DNA from: Eledone cirrhosa
Taxonomy: Eukaryota
DNA length: 64,000 nucleotides
Assembly (NCBI GenBank): GCA_964016885.1
Contig: OZ024742.1
Span: 299,832,001-299,896,000 of the forward strand
Direction: 5' to 3'
How positions within the stretch are numbered: position 1 is the first letter of the stretch; each line of letters starts with the position of its first letter. A program made the position numbers and the translations under genes. Below are positions 41,401-56,400 of this stretch, one piece after another. The notes below the pieces were generated by a model. It had not been told where the DNA came from and did not search any database. It was given only the letters and a program-made list of their open reading frames with translations.

Positions 41401-44400
41401 AGACACTTTTATTTCACATTCCTCTAGTTCACCTAGATGACAAAAATGGGTTGTATATATAATTCAAAGGGCCAGCCTTATCACACATTATGTCATGCTG
41501 ACTTTCCATGAGAACTATGTTAAGAGTTCATGTTCCTGTAGAATATTCAGCCACTTGCACGTTAGTTTCACAAACAGGCTGTTCTGTTGTTTGAACAACT
41601 AGAACACTCGTCTGTTCTGTTGTATATAAGTATGAGGGCAATCCCAAAAGTAAGGTCTCCTTCCGATATTGCAACTTTTCCGTTAAAATCCTGTGGATGG
41701 TGCTTCGGGAAACCTCAGGAACCAAAATACAGAGAGCATCTAGAGTGATCCGCCGATCTTTACGCATGTTTTCCTCAGAAGGAGACCTTACTTTTGGGAT
41801 TGCCGTCTATATAATAACTGCGCGAAATTCGCACTTGGCGGTAGCGTTCAACGAGAGCTCCATTCTCAATGGCTGCCAAGCCAAGATTGAGCATCCCACC
41901 GAAGCGTGCGCATGCTTGTTTGGGAGTGAAGGAAGCACCAATCACAACAGTGTTGCCAACAGCCGTACGAATAGTTTCTCTGCGTCCCCATCACTTTGGA
42001 GACCTGATTTTGAGGATTACCCTCGTATATATACACTATATGTTTATATATGTGTGTGTGCGTGTGTTTTCTAAGAAGAAATGGTGACATGAATAGACCT
42101 GTTTTTTCTGTAGAATTTTTTTTTTTTTTTTTTTTTTTACATTTCTGCCTACTCTCCTAAATCTTTCTATTTATTCTTTAATTTTTCATTCTGTTTTCTG
42201 ATGAATGACTGAAATTATCAAATTGGATTTAATTTTACAGGAATTGGTTCTTTCACCATAGTTGACGGAGACAAAGTCACTGGTGCTGATGTTGGCAATA
42301 AGTAAGTTTTGTATACTTTGTTATTTAGCTCCAATTCAGCCTTTATCAATTAGAGTACTAGTATCAGATTAGTATTTCTTTCAACGGGATCTTGTACTCA
42401 TAGCCAGTGAAACAGGATAACCTCTGACCTGATGGTCCTCAAGGCTCAAGATAGACTTTAATTTTTAACTCTAATCCCTAAATGTAGAACATTATGGCTA
42501 TGTTTGAAATCACTATTAACCTTTTAGCATTCACATTACTCTATATTTACTATAGTATTTTCATGGTGAACACTTTATTTTACATAATTATCGCAGATAA
42601 TATTGAATCTATGAGATTTTGATATTATTTATCTTGAGAACAATACCTTAACATAAGTATGAGCAGTATGAGCAGCTGGTTTGAACAGAAAGAGGTGAGA
42701 GGATACTGACGGTTTAAATGCTGAAGTGTTAAGGGTGAAAATCATTAGAGTGTCAGTGTGGTATTTGTACTAGCTCTTTAAATTCTGATTTCAAATCTCG
42801 CTGAGATACACTTTGCTTTTCATCCTTCCTGTCAATTAGTGGGGTTGATTTAATCTACTACCCCCCTTCCCACCCAAATGTGTGATATTTTATTAATTAT
42901 CATTATATCTATTTAATCAGACACAACATAATTTGAATATTTCTATCTTATATACAACTATTCTTTTATTATTTCAGTTTCTTCCTCACCAAAGACACAA
43001 TTGGCCAGGTAGGGCTCTTGTTGCTATTGTTTTCTTTTCAGTGCCATATTTATTCATCTATAATCTTTCTGTCCCGAGCCCAGTCCATCACAGGGTTAAA
43101 CCCCCACCTACTGCTGGTGCTCATTTTCAGCTGAGTGTACTGGAGCAACATGAAATGAAGTGTTTTACTCAAGAACACTACACAACCCAGTCCAGAAATC
43201 AAATCCACGACATTATGATCATAAGTCTTAAACCCTTAACACTAGGCCATGTGCCTCCACTATTCATCTAAAATGCGCACTCATAAATATAGACAAAGAA
43301 ATCCTGGAAAATAATTTCTGATGCACTGTTCCATCTAAGATGTGCATATATTCAGATACACAAAAGAATTTACTCATCATCACCGTTTAACATCCATTTT
43401 TTCACACTAGCATGGGTTAGATGAGTTGTTCTGTTGTGAGACAAGCCAAGTCAGATGGCCACATCTTGCTCACACAGAACTGATTTTGGTTTGGTTTCTA
43501 AGGCTGGATGCCCTTCCTAATGCCAACCACATTTACAGTGTGTAATGGGTGCTTTTTGATGTGACACCTACACAACCACTTTTCAGTGTGGGCTGGGTGC
43601 TTTTTGTTGTGACACCTACACAACCACTTTTCGGTGTGGACTGGGTACTTAATGTGTACACAAAAGGTAACTTAGCTAAAATAATAGTCAAGAGGATGAT
43701 ATAATAGTTAAATTAGGTGGTCATCATCATTTCATTTTACGTCCGCTTTTCCCTGCTTGCAAGGGTTGACGGGAACTGATTCTGGCATGATTTCTACAGC
43801 TGGATGCCCTTCCTAACACCAACCTCATTTACAGTGAGTGCTGGGTGCTTTTTTGCAGTGGAATGATAGAGACCCCAGTCCCTATCATCTCATTTCTACA
43901 GCTGAGTAAACTGGAGCAATGTGAAATAAAGTCTCTTGCTCAAGGAAACAACACATCACCCGGTCTGAGAATTGAACTCACAACCTTTCGATTGCAAGGC
44001 CAATGCTCTAACCACTAAGCCATATGCCTCCATGTGATGATGATAATATATTTAGTACACAGTTTTATCTTCTGAAAAAAAATTCACCAGCACACAGACT
44101 TCTAAAAGTTAGAAAAAAACATTGTCTCCTGTATAATATACAATGACTTTTCTTTAGTATTATGATTTATGAATGAAAAGACGGAGTGTTTAGTGAGATT
44201 TATTATAATTGGTGTATAAAATTACATTAGGAAAGTTCACATATTAAACGAAACCCCACAAAAAAAATTGAAAGTGAACTATACTTATGTAGTCCATAAA
44301 AGTGTGTCTTCCAAAAGGTGAACATTGTGGTCATCACATGGTCACATTTTATCATGTATAAGATGTGTATTATGCATGAATAAATATGGCTGTTATCACA

Positions 44401-47400
44401 CTCAATAGAAAGAATGAGTATTCAATTATTGTTTTTATCTTTTTACAACATAATGCAGGATGGTGCCCATATTAAACATCCCTAATAGCTAACTGAGCTA
44501 CTATACACCCAAGTGATATCAGCCTACAGTCAACACATTCATATTTATCTACACTGAAAAGATGAAAAGCAAAGTTTACCTTTGCTGTCTTAGAACTAAA
44601 AACGTAAGGGGACATAACTGAATGTTGCAAAGCATTTTGTCCAATGTTCTGTTTCTGCTAATGTACCACCTACCATTCAGCTGTCTCTTGTTGACTGTAT
44701 ACAGAAACCCCATGAACTCTTATACTGTCCTCAGTTGCTAGATTGTTGGGTTGTTGTTATTCCACTCATACTTTCTATTGAGTTTAGGCCTATATTCTGT
44801 TATGTGTCACTTAATCTGTCCTAGCATTGCATCTGTCAGGTATGTAGATATTTTTATTTCAATGTTTTCTAGTAAGCCCCATGTCCTTATGTGGCATGTT
44901 GATAGAACACTGATGAGTTTTTCTCATTTTGGAGTTCTCACTGACCCTGTTACACTGCCTGTATCACAATCTGTATACACAGCATCTATCATATTAATTG
45001 TATCCTCTAAATTTCAGTCACGAGCTCATGTAGCCACAGATTTGTTGATGGAACTAAATGAAGAAGTCAGTGGTGACTATGTAGAAGAGGTAAGCATTTC
45101 ATTGTTCCTGATAATTCTTGCACATCAAACATCAATATTCTGATACTTAGCTATCTCACTGTGCTTGGTCCTAGGATCACTTTAAGAAATATTAAGGTTT
45201 CACAGACTTACCTTATTTCAGTAAATCTTAAGTCTTGTGACATTTTAAGAAATCAGTTGTTTCATACAAACACTTCACAGCAACATCATTATCATTTAAT
45301 ATCTTATTTCCCACAGAGAGATGACCACCCCTCCCTCCTCTTCCATTACTACATCCCAACCTGGTTGAGGACACAGAAACACCCTAGTATTGTAATAGAC
45401 CAGTGTTGGTGCCATGGTAAAATACACCTAATTCACTCTATGAAGTGTTAGTGGTGGTACCACAAAAGACACACTGTATTCTCTGTATGGTTGGTAGTGT
45501 TTAGAAGAGCATCCAGCTGTAAAAGTCATGCCAAATATAAAACATATGGATAAAATGAAGTCGTTCTAACTCCTCTAGTCATAGACCATAACAACCCATC
45601 CAATCCCTGCTAGAATAGAAACTAGACATAACATGATGTTAATGATATATAAACATACATGAATTGCCTGTTTAATATCACTATGGTTTGTTTTTTTTAT
45701 TCACATTCTTTTAACAGTAAGCTAATAATGACCCACTCTTGACTTTGTATTTTTTAAATTTCTATATCTTATAGTCACCAGAAAAGCTGTTAGAGAGTAA
45801 TCCTGAATTTTTTAATCGTTTCACCCTTGTCGTTGCTACAAATTTGCATGAAAAGTAAGTTTTTTTTTTTTCAAAAAATCTTTCTGACATAATATTGTTT
45901 ATAATTTAAGACAAAAAATATCTTCAGGGTTTCATTACTGTTATTTAATCATTTTGATACCAACCTGACTGAAACCATCTCTGGTTCTATGAAACAAAAC
46001 CACCCATTTTAAAGGGCTCCTATTTATATCAAAATCTTCCAACATAATTTATATAAGAAAAATTCTTCATTAATTAATTGAAATAGAGTATATTTCATAA
46101 GAAATACAGTCACAAAAGGGTTAAATTTAGATAAGCCTTGCTTCAATTAACCTATGATCAAAGGCAATCCAGCAGTAACTATTTTATCTTTAGTGGGGAA
46201 CTAGAACTACATTATCTAATGTATTCAAAAAATCTGGACGCTCAGCGAAAATGCCAAAGATAAAGACAGATTCACCTCGTGGACGAGAAGGCGAGCACTC
46301 CTCTGTGTTTCAACCGCGGACGGCTAACAAAACCCCATCTCCCCCCCCCCCGCCCCCAACCCTCCAAACGCAATCCAAAACTTCAGAGTTGGTACCATAA
46401 ATGTAGGCACCCTAAAGGGTCGCGCTAACGAGGTTGTAGAAATGCTTGAACGTAAGGAGGTCGATGTTTGTTGTATTCAAGAGACCAAGTGGAGGGGTGG
46501 GTCTGCTAGATTCATTGAGGGTAAAAAACGATGTTATAAGCTTTTCTGGGTGGGAAACGACGATGGGCTGGGTGGAGTAGGAATCATGGTAGCAGAAAAG
46601 TGGGCAGATAAGATAATAGACGTAAATAGAGTGAACTACAGAATAATTAAAATACGACTTGTCCTCAATAGAACTACGGTGACAGTAATATCTGCGTACG
46701 CACCCCAATCCGGACTGCCCGGCACTATAAAAGACAGATTCTATGAGACACTGATGCTCACTACCTCTCAAATAACCGACAGTGACTATATAATTATTGC
46801 AGGCGACCTAAATGGTCACGTTGGACAACATTGTGACGGCTACGACGAAATCCATGGAGGCTATGGGTTTGGTACTAGAAATGAGGAAGGCTCCAGAATC
46901 CTGGAATTCTGTGACGCAAATAACCTAACTATCTGTAACACTAACTTCAAAAAACGTGACAATCACCTGATCACCTATAGATCCGGGGAACACACAAGCC
47001 AGGTAGATTATATCCTTACCAGAAGACGTGACAGAGTGTCTGTTGTAAACACTAAATCCCTCCCCCATGAAGAATGCACCTCCCAACATAGACTGATAAT
47101 TAGCGACCTCATAGTCAGGACGAGACGTACTCGACAGCAGAAGAGGACTATCCTCAGGAGAAAAATATGGAAGCTAAAGGACCCCACAGCCAGAAATAAA
47201 TTTCAAAGCATATTACTTGATGCTTTCGACAGTAAGGAAGAGCATTTAGAGTCGGACAATATAGAGGGGCAGTGGGAATTTCTGAAAGCAAACCTGCTGA
47301 TGGCGACAGACGAAGTCTGTGGCTGGAGCAGGCCTGTAGGCAGGAGGAGAGTAACATGGTGGTGGAACAGTAAGGTGGAGGGGTCAATTAAGGCCAAAAA

Positions 47401-50400
47401 GCAGGCTTGGAAAGTATGGCGGGATGGGGGAAGTAGAGAAGACTATCAAGTGGCCAGGAGGGAAGCTAGGAGACAAGTGTACTTAGCAAGAAGGGAAGCA
47501 GAGGAAGGAAAGTTCAAGCATGTTCTACAACGCGAGGACCAAAAACGTGAGGTGTTCAGGATTGCTAGGCAATGCGTCAAGGAAAACCGTGATATTGTCG
47601 GGGAGAAGTGTGTACTTAATGATGACGGCGTACTTGCCATCACCGACGCTGATAAGAAGGTAGCTTGGAAGTGTCACTATGAAAGGCTACTAAATGAGGA
47701 GAATAAATGGGAGAAAAACAGTCTCCCCCACATCGACCCAATAGAGGGACCAGCAGTGTTAGTCGAGGGGAGTATAATAAGTAAGGCAATCAAGGATATG
47801 AAGACGGGTAAGGCGGCTGGGCCTTCGGAAATAGTTGCTGAGATGCTGAAGGCATCTGGCACGGTGGGACACACCATGGTCACCCGCATAGTTAACCAAG
47901 TCGTACAGAATGGGGTTGTTCCGAAGGACTGGCATAGCAGCATCATCGTTAACTGTTATAAGGGTAAAGGAGACGCACTAGATAGGAGTAACTATAGAGG
48001 CATTAAATTAATCGACCAGGTCATGAAGGTCACGGAAAAAGTAATAGCGCAACTAATCAGAGAGAGAATTGACCTAGATGAAATGCAGTTCGTGTTTGTG
48101 TCAGGCAAAAGTACCACAGACGCTCTTTTCATTATACGACAACTACAGGAGAAGTACCTAGCTAAAGGTAAACCCCTCTACTTAGCTTTTGTCGACTTGG
48201 AGAAAGCCTTCGACAGAGTCCCCCGCTCCATTATCTGGTGGGCTCTTAGAAAACTAGGTGTTGACGAATGGCTTGTGAGAGCTATACAAGCCATGTATTA
48301 AGAAACAGTCAGCAAGGTTAGAATTAACAACGAATATAGTGAAGAGTTTAGCGTAAAAGTTGGCGTCCATCAGGGCTCTGTTCTCAGCCCCCTACTATTT
48401 ATTATTGCCCTTCAGGCTATAACAGAGGAGTTCAAGACCGGCTGCCCATGGGAACTCCTATACGCAGACGACCTGACACTCATAGCTGAATCAATGGCCG
48501 AGCTAGAGAAGAAATTCCAAACATGGAAGCACGGCCTAGAATCAAAAGGACTTAAAATTAACCTGGCTAAGACTAAAGTTCTAATTTGTAGGAAAGAAAA
48601 TAAGGCGGCGGTCCCTTCTGGGAAATAGTCATGCTCAGTGTGTAGGAAAGGCGTAGGTAGAAACTCCATTTTATGTCCCAAATGCAAAGTATGGGTGCAT
48701 AAAAGATGTAGTGGGATCACAGGTAAGCTAACTAAGAACATAGATTTTACATGTGGCCGGTGCTCTGGTGCAATAAGTAGCAGCAAGTGCCCACAGAATA
48801 CTAGCTCTTTCAATTGCGCAGAGGGTTCTATAGAAATAGTGGACAGCTTCTGTAACCTGGGCGATAAAATCAGCAGTGGGGGAGGGTGCTCTGAAAGTAC
48901 AGTAGCTAGAGTCAGAACTGGTTGGAAAAAGTTCAGAGAGCTTATACCACTATTAGCTGCTAAAGGGTTCTCCCTAAAAATGAAAGGCAGGTTGTACGAT
49001 GCCTGCATACGAACAGCAATGTTGCATGGCAGTGAGACCTGGGCATTGTGTGCAGAGGATATACGCAGACTAGAGAGGAACGAAGCTTGCATGCTCCGCT
49101 GGATGTGTAACAGTAATATACGTGAACGGCAAAGCATAAACGAACTAAGGAAAAAATTAGAAATAAGAGGGATCAGATGTTGTTTACTCGAGAGAAGGCT
49201 ACGTTGGTATGGACACGTGATGCGCATGAAGGATGATAGCTGTATAACAAAGTGCAGGGCAATAAAGATAGATGGTAGCCACGTAATAGGCAGACCTAGA
49301 AAAACCTGGGACGAGCTGATAAACTCCGACCTCACACACTTACACCTCTCCAAGACAATGTCACTGGACCGAGACCTTTGGCGGTACTCAGTAACAGAGA
49401 AGACCCGCCTTACCTAAATACATAGTAAAACCTACTACAGCCAGTAGGCATCTCTAACAAAATACACCCCGTCCCACCACCCCCACCCCATCCACACCAC
49501 CCCGTTCTATGTAAAGTTATGTTGGTGCCGCGCCATCCAGGCCGAAACAAATGAGATCGTGTAGGTGTCACGACAAAAAAACACACAGTCCACGCTGTAA
49601 TGTGGCCGTGTAGGTAATACGGTAAAAACCTCCCAGACCCACACTGTAAATGTGGTTGGTGTTAGGAAGGGCATCCAACTGTAGAAAACCTGCCAGACAG
49701 TCCTATGCGAGCAAGACAATCACTCTTGCCTCAAGTGGAACTACCCCCGTCCAAACCCATGCAAGCGTGGAACACGGACGTGAAACGTTGATGATGATGA
49801 TGATTCATCCTTGCATATTATAAGAGACAGCTAAAAGGGTTGGAGACAGGAAAGGCATCCCACTAAAACATTGCCTCAAAAAGGACCCTATGACGTATAT
49901 GGAACTTGTTTTGGGCCTATGATGTCATGTTAATGACTCGGTCAATTCACTGCCTATTTAATGTTGCTTTTTTAAAGGAGGATTTTTATTTCATTAGTGA
50001 ATTTATATTGCTGTTATTTATGTTGTTGTTTTCTTCCACAGGCCACTCTTGCAGCTTGCAAGTAGTCTACAAGACTCTGATATTCCTCTGTTAATATGTC
50101 GGTCTTATGGTTTCATTGGCTATGCTAGAATTGTAGTGGCAGATCACACAGGTATTTATTGTTATTATTGTTGCTTTTCTTTCTCTTAAATACTTACCAC
50201 TAATACAAGATTCACCACAAGTTGTTATATGGTAACAAGTGTTAACACAAACTTACATAGAAAACCTTTGTGTAAATACTATTGTTTTTATCAAATAAGT
50301 ACACCATATTCCTGCATGTTGTAAGAACAGCTAAAAGGGTTGGAGTCAGGAAAGGCATCTCACCATAAAACATTGCTTCAAATAGGACCCTATGATGTTT

Positions 50401-53400
50401 ATGGAATGTACAGGACTAACCACTGCTTTAGCAAGGAAAATGGCCTTAAAATGTGTAATTTGTTCAATATTACATAAGTCATCATCATCATCATTTTATC
50501 TCTGCTTTCCATGCTGGAATGGGTTAGACAGATCATTATAGTCTGAAACTAGACTGGACATCTTGATTCTTTCATTTCACATTTAGCCTAGTTTCTACAG
50601 CTAGATATCCTTCCTAATACCAACTACTTTATGGAGTGTACTGGTGCATTTTACTGTGGCACTAGCACCCACACTACAAAATGTACTGGATTCATTGTAA
50701 GAGATCCTTATTAAAGATTGTTTTCATGTTTTGTTCTGTTTTTTTTTTTACAGTTATTGAATCCCATCCTGATAATTCACATGAAGATCTCCGACTGGAC
50801 TGTCCATTTCCAGGCCTGGTAGATTTCTGTGATAAGATGAATTTAAGTGACATGGAAAAAAAGGTAAATGAAACTACTCCTTGTCTAAACACCAAATTTT
50901 TCTCATTCTAATCTTTAGTTACAACTTCAACATCTTCATTTAGTGTTAGTTTTTCTATACTGACATGGGTTAAATAGAGCAAAACAGACCTCCTAGATGA
51001 GTTGGAGGCCATGTTTTGTTTATATGCAGCTGTATGCTCTTTCTAATGCCAACCACTTTATATAATGTACAGTTTCTCACATCAGATGCATTTACAGGAG
51101 ATAGACAGCAACAGGGGTGAATGATGGAGCCATATCAAGTGAGGGATGGTGGGAGCAAAGAAAGTGATGACCTACAGTTGGTGGCAAGACAGAGAGAAGA
51201 GAGAGCTACAGTTAGCAGTGGGGGACTCTGGTTAAAGTAGGATATAAGATGTGGAAATGGTTCTGGGATAATGAAACTATTAATGAGGTCAGGTGTCACA
51301 CCTTGCAACAAGAATATATATTAATAAATAAATATGACTATATCTATATTGTGGTGACTATATTTTCATATAATAAATAAATGTTATTTTTTGTTCATTT
51401 ATCAGGAACACAGCCATGTACCTTGGTTGGTTATCATATATAAATATTTGCAGAAATGGAAAGAAGAGGTCAGTAAGTTATGAAATTTATGTCATCAAAC
51501 AATTATAGTTATAGGTGTAGATACAGCATTGTAGTTAAGGAGATTTATTTGAAACCGTGAAGAGAGCCAAATAAATACTACAAAGTATTTTATCTGGTGT
51601 TCTAATGACCACCTAATTGCTATATAGCAACAATAAATATATTGTCATTTATAATTGTTATATCATCATCATTCAACATCTATTTTCCTCTTTTGGCACG
51701 GTTTCTACAGTTGGATGCCCTTCCTATCACCACCCTTATTGTCATGCAGAGAATAATGGGAAGGATACAGAGATAATGGCCATGCCACTTGTCTTTGAGT
51801 TCAGTTGAACTGTATGGCACATTGGGCAAGTGTCTCTTACTATGGCCCCAGGTTCACCAATACCTTGTGAAACTGTATGGAATCCCATTGTATATCTGTT
51901 TTTTTTTTCATTAGAAATAAGGTGACAAAAGGGCTTAAAATAAGCACTAGCCAAAGTCTAATGACAAAACTAGTAAAAGAAATAGATGAAGAAATAAATG
52001 AATAGATTCCTCAGTTTAAACTGATTTAGCCGATAGATTAATTATTAAATAAATATTTTCTTCTCCAGCATAATGGTGAACCACCCCAAAATTATAAAGA
52101 GAAAAAGTTAATGAAAGAAATGATCAGAAATGGTAAGTAAAATTAGTTTTATATTATAGTGAAAAAAGTTAATCAATAATGTTCTTGATATTTTCTGAAG
52201 GAGAAATGTGATAAATTCTTTATATTGATATATAAGATAAGGTCAAGTAGAAATAACTAAAGATAGCAATAAACCAGCAGTTCCCCAACTGGGGTTTCTA
52301 AAAATAGTACCGCAGGTCTGTCAGTTAAGTTTAAATTTTTAAGTACATTGTTATAAACATTATATGCACAAAGAAAGGGTGAGAGGATTCTTCAAGTGTG
52401 TCGAAGATATTATTACTTCTCCTGTGTTGGTGCCATGATAAAATGCACCCAGTACACTCACTGTATTATTTGGGAATGTATGTAAGTTAGGTACTGACTT
52501 GGTTGATGACAATCCATCTAACAGGGAAAAATATTCAGTGCTGATCAGTTGATGAGCTTCCACAACCCTCATATGTGATCCACATTTAGAGATCAGCTGA
52601 TATATCTGAGATATAGTGATGCTACTTATGTTCTATACTACATTTGCAGCTGAGCTTTTACAAACCTCAAGTGTAGCTCACATTTAGTGTACAGCTCTTG
52701 TATCTAGGATGTGTTACTGCTACTAACATGTCTGTCTACACTGCTGTCCACATATTTGGGATATGGTTTTTACTGCTCTTAGTACTGTTCACATATGGGA
52801 CTATTGCTAACATTTAGAGACATCTTAGATTTCTACTAACATCCTAAACTAATGAGTTAGCCTCAGATGTGACTCACATTTAGGGTACTGTTCATATACC
52901 TGAGATATAGTACTACTTACATATCTGGGATATGGTGCTGTTACTAACATCCTAGATTGATTCACATTTATAGTACAGTTCACATACCTGGAATATGATG
53001 CAAGAAACACTAAACGATGATGATATATATATTTAAATATGTATATATATATATATATATATATATGTTTTTGTTTTAGGCATTTTAAAAAATGAGAATG
53101 GAAACCCTGAAGAAGAACAAAATTTTGATGAAGCAATTGACGGCTTGAACACATCCTTAGTAAAGACTAGTGTGAGTATGTTAAGATATTGAAATTGATA
53201 ATGTTTCAAACTTTTGTGTACATTTTCTCATCCTCATTAATTATTTTTTCTTTACCAGATTCCTAGTACTGTACAGAAGATTTTCAATGATCCATCCTGC
53301 ACAGAAATCCATGCTGATGTAAGATATATATTTTATAAAGTTGTTGTCATTGTCACGCTTTTACTGTGTGTTTAGAACAGGTATGCTATATCACCATATG

Positions 53401-56400
53401 TGATAAGAGCTGATTAAAAGGTTCAGCACCAAGAACATCTGGTCATAAAATGACCCTATGATGAATGTGAAGCCTTTCTTGTGGCCCACAAGACCTATTT
53501 CTGTTTTAGTGGGGAAAATGGCCTTAAAATGCTTGTTGATGTGCCATTGTTATTGTCTAACTCATAGTCAACCCTGATTGATCAGACACGTGTTCAAAGA
53601 CATTCCAGCCATGACCATCTTGTTGATTTTCAGACATAGGGTATTTAACATGACAGTTATCCAATAAATTCATGCTTTTTTTTTTTTCTTTCTGCATTTT
53701 TAAAGCATCTGAAATATATATATTTACTTATTTTGTTTGTTATTAATTTGAAGAGCAAAAACTTTTGGATTATGCTGTATGCAATGAAGCAATTCACTGA
53801 GAATGAAGGCAAAAGTAAGTTGTTTTTTATTTCCATTATTACTTGGACATTACGTCGGATTGGCAGTATCGGTAGAGGGTCGGACGCCATGCTTTCCAGC
53901 ATAGTTACGTCCCTTTACGATCTGAGTTCAAATCCCGCCGAGGTTGACTTTGCCTTTCATCCTTACGGCGTCGATAAAATAAAGTACCAGTAATGTACTG
54001 GGTAATTGCTGGCCTTGTGCCTAAAGTAGAAACAATTATTACTTGGACATTACGTCCCTTTACAGTCTGAGTTCAAATCCCGTCGAGATTAACTTTGCTT
54101 TTCATCCTTACGGGGTCGATAAAATAAAGTACCAGTAGTGTACTGGGTAATTGCTGGCCTTGTGCCAAAAGTAGAAACAATTATTACTTGGACATATTTT
54201 TAACATGTAGGACACAGGCATCCCTGTGTGGTTAAAAAGTTCACTTTACACCCACAAGGTTTTGTGTGTAGTTCCATTGCATGACATCTTTATGCTTTGT
54301 GAGTGCAATTTGATAAATTTGGAAGCTCATCATGTATGTGTGTATATATATATATTTATATGTTTATATATCATCATCATCATCATCATCATCACCGTTT
54401 TACGTCCGTTCTTCCATGCTAGTATGGGTTAGACGGGTTGTCCTGTTGTGGGCAGTGTCTGGTCGGCTGACCATGCCTTGCTCATACAGGAACTGATTTT
54501 GTCTTGATTTCTACAGCTGGATGCCCTTCCTAACACCAACCTCATTTACAGTGAGTGCTGGGTGCTTTTTTCCGTGGCGCCTACACGTCCACTTTACAGT
54601 GTGGGCAGGGTGCTTTTTTGCCATGGCACCTCCACGACCACTTTGCAGTGTCTATATGCTTCAGCTTGTACCCATGGGAGGTCGGGTACTCTGTATTACT
54701 GCTTGATGCCAGAGGTCACGGTCGTGTGTCATTGCCTTTGAGAGGTGTAATTGGGTAAGCTCGGCTTTTATCACCTCATCCCAGGTCTTCTTGGGTCTCC
54801 CCACTCCGTGGTTTCCATTGACTTCTAGTGCTCTGCACCTTTTTATGCAGCTGTCATCCTTCATACCAACGCAACCGCCTCTCCTGCACACAGCATTTGA
54901 TTCCTCTTATACTCAGTCTCTCTCTCAATTCATTTATGCTTTGTCGTTCAGGTATATTACTGTTACACATCCATCGGAGCATGCAGGCTTCGTTTCTTTC
55001 TAATCTACGTAAGTTTTCCACCTTCAGCGCCCAGGTCTCACTACCATGCAACATCGCTGTTCGGATACATGCATCATACAGTCTGCCTTTCATTTTGAGG
55101 GAGAAGCCTTTTGCAGTTAGCAGTGGCAGTAGTTCCCTGAACTTCTTCCATCCCGTTCTTACCCTAGTTATTGTACTTTCTAAACACCCACCTCCGCTGC
55201 TAATTCGGTCACCTAGGTAGCAGAAGCTGTCTACTGTTTCTACAGAGCCCTCCCAGAGATTGGTGGTACTTGTTTCCTGTGGCTGTTTGCTGCCCCAGCA
55301 CAGCTGCTACATGTAAAGCCTACATTCTTAATTAAGCTTCCTGAGATCCCGCTACATCTCTTGTGTACCCATTGTTTTCATTTGGGGCAGAGAATGGAAT
55401 TCCTACCTACACCTTTCCTACATACTGAGCAAGGCTTCAGAGTTGCTCCATTTATTCTCAGCTCATCCATACATAACGGTAGGAAAATTCAGGGCTAGAA
55501 GAACAGTGGTGGTGGTAATAATGGCAGGGTGTGTTGGGTTGGGACGGGGGAGGAGAGAGTTAGGTAGTAGTAGAAATGGCAGGGTTTGTTGGGGTTGGTA
55601 GTGGGGAGGGACACGCTGAGGTTTGATTGGTCGAATAGGCTATGGTGGTGTGAGGGGGCGGGCGGGAGGGAGGGAAATTGTGAGGTAGGTAACCATCATG
55701 GCCTGTAGCATCTCATGGCAAAATAAACCGATAGGAGTAGATGACTTCGTAGAGACAGCGAAATGATAAATACAACAACACTAATAATAGTGTAAGAGAG
55801 AGGAGGAGAGTAGATGACTTCGTAGAGAGACAGCATGGGAAAAGAAAATGAAGGTAAAAATAAATATGTTGTGGAAGCTAGTGAAATGATAAATATAGCA
55901 ATAATTGTGTGAGTGGGACATTTGCAATTGGGAAATAGAGAGATACCTGGAAGATTGTATGGATGGATGGCTGGAACGTGGTTAAGCAGCTCTAGTGATT
56001 CACTTTAGCCTTTCAGAGTCAAGTGTGTCTTATCTCTTCAACATGAGTGAGGAAGGAATGGGTGAGAGGGAAAGGGAGGTAATAGGTGGCTTAGAGAAAG
56101 AGAGAGGGTATAGCCCTCATAGAGAGAGAGAGAGGGTAGCCATCATAGAGAGAGGGTCGCCGTCATGGCAAAATAACCTATAGGAGTGAGTAGGTAACCA
56201 TCATGGTCTGTAGCATCTCATGGCAAAATAAACCGATAGGAGTAGATGACTTCGTAGAGACAGCGAAATGATAAATACAACAACACTAATAATAGTGTAA
56301 GAGAGAGGAAGAGAGTAGATGACTTTGTAGAGAGACAGCATGGGAAAAGAAAATGAAGGTAAAAATAAATATGTTGTGGAAGCTAGTGAAATGATAAATA

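Noticed and set aside
42195-42225. CTGATGA-atgact-GAAA-tta-TC just upstream of NAE1 exon 3
   Set aside because: Stem II is essentially absent; at best a decayed hammerhead or a chance match.
48412-49353. 313-aa antisense ORF (and 28786-29457 antisense ORF)
   Set aside because: Shadow frames of the RTE and mariner coding strands.
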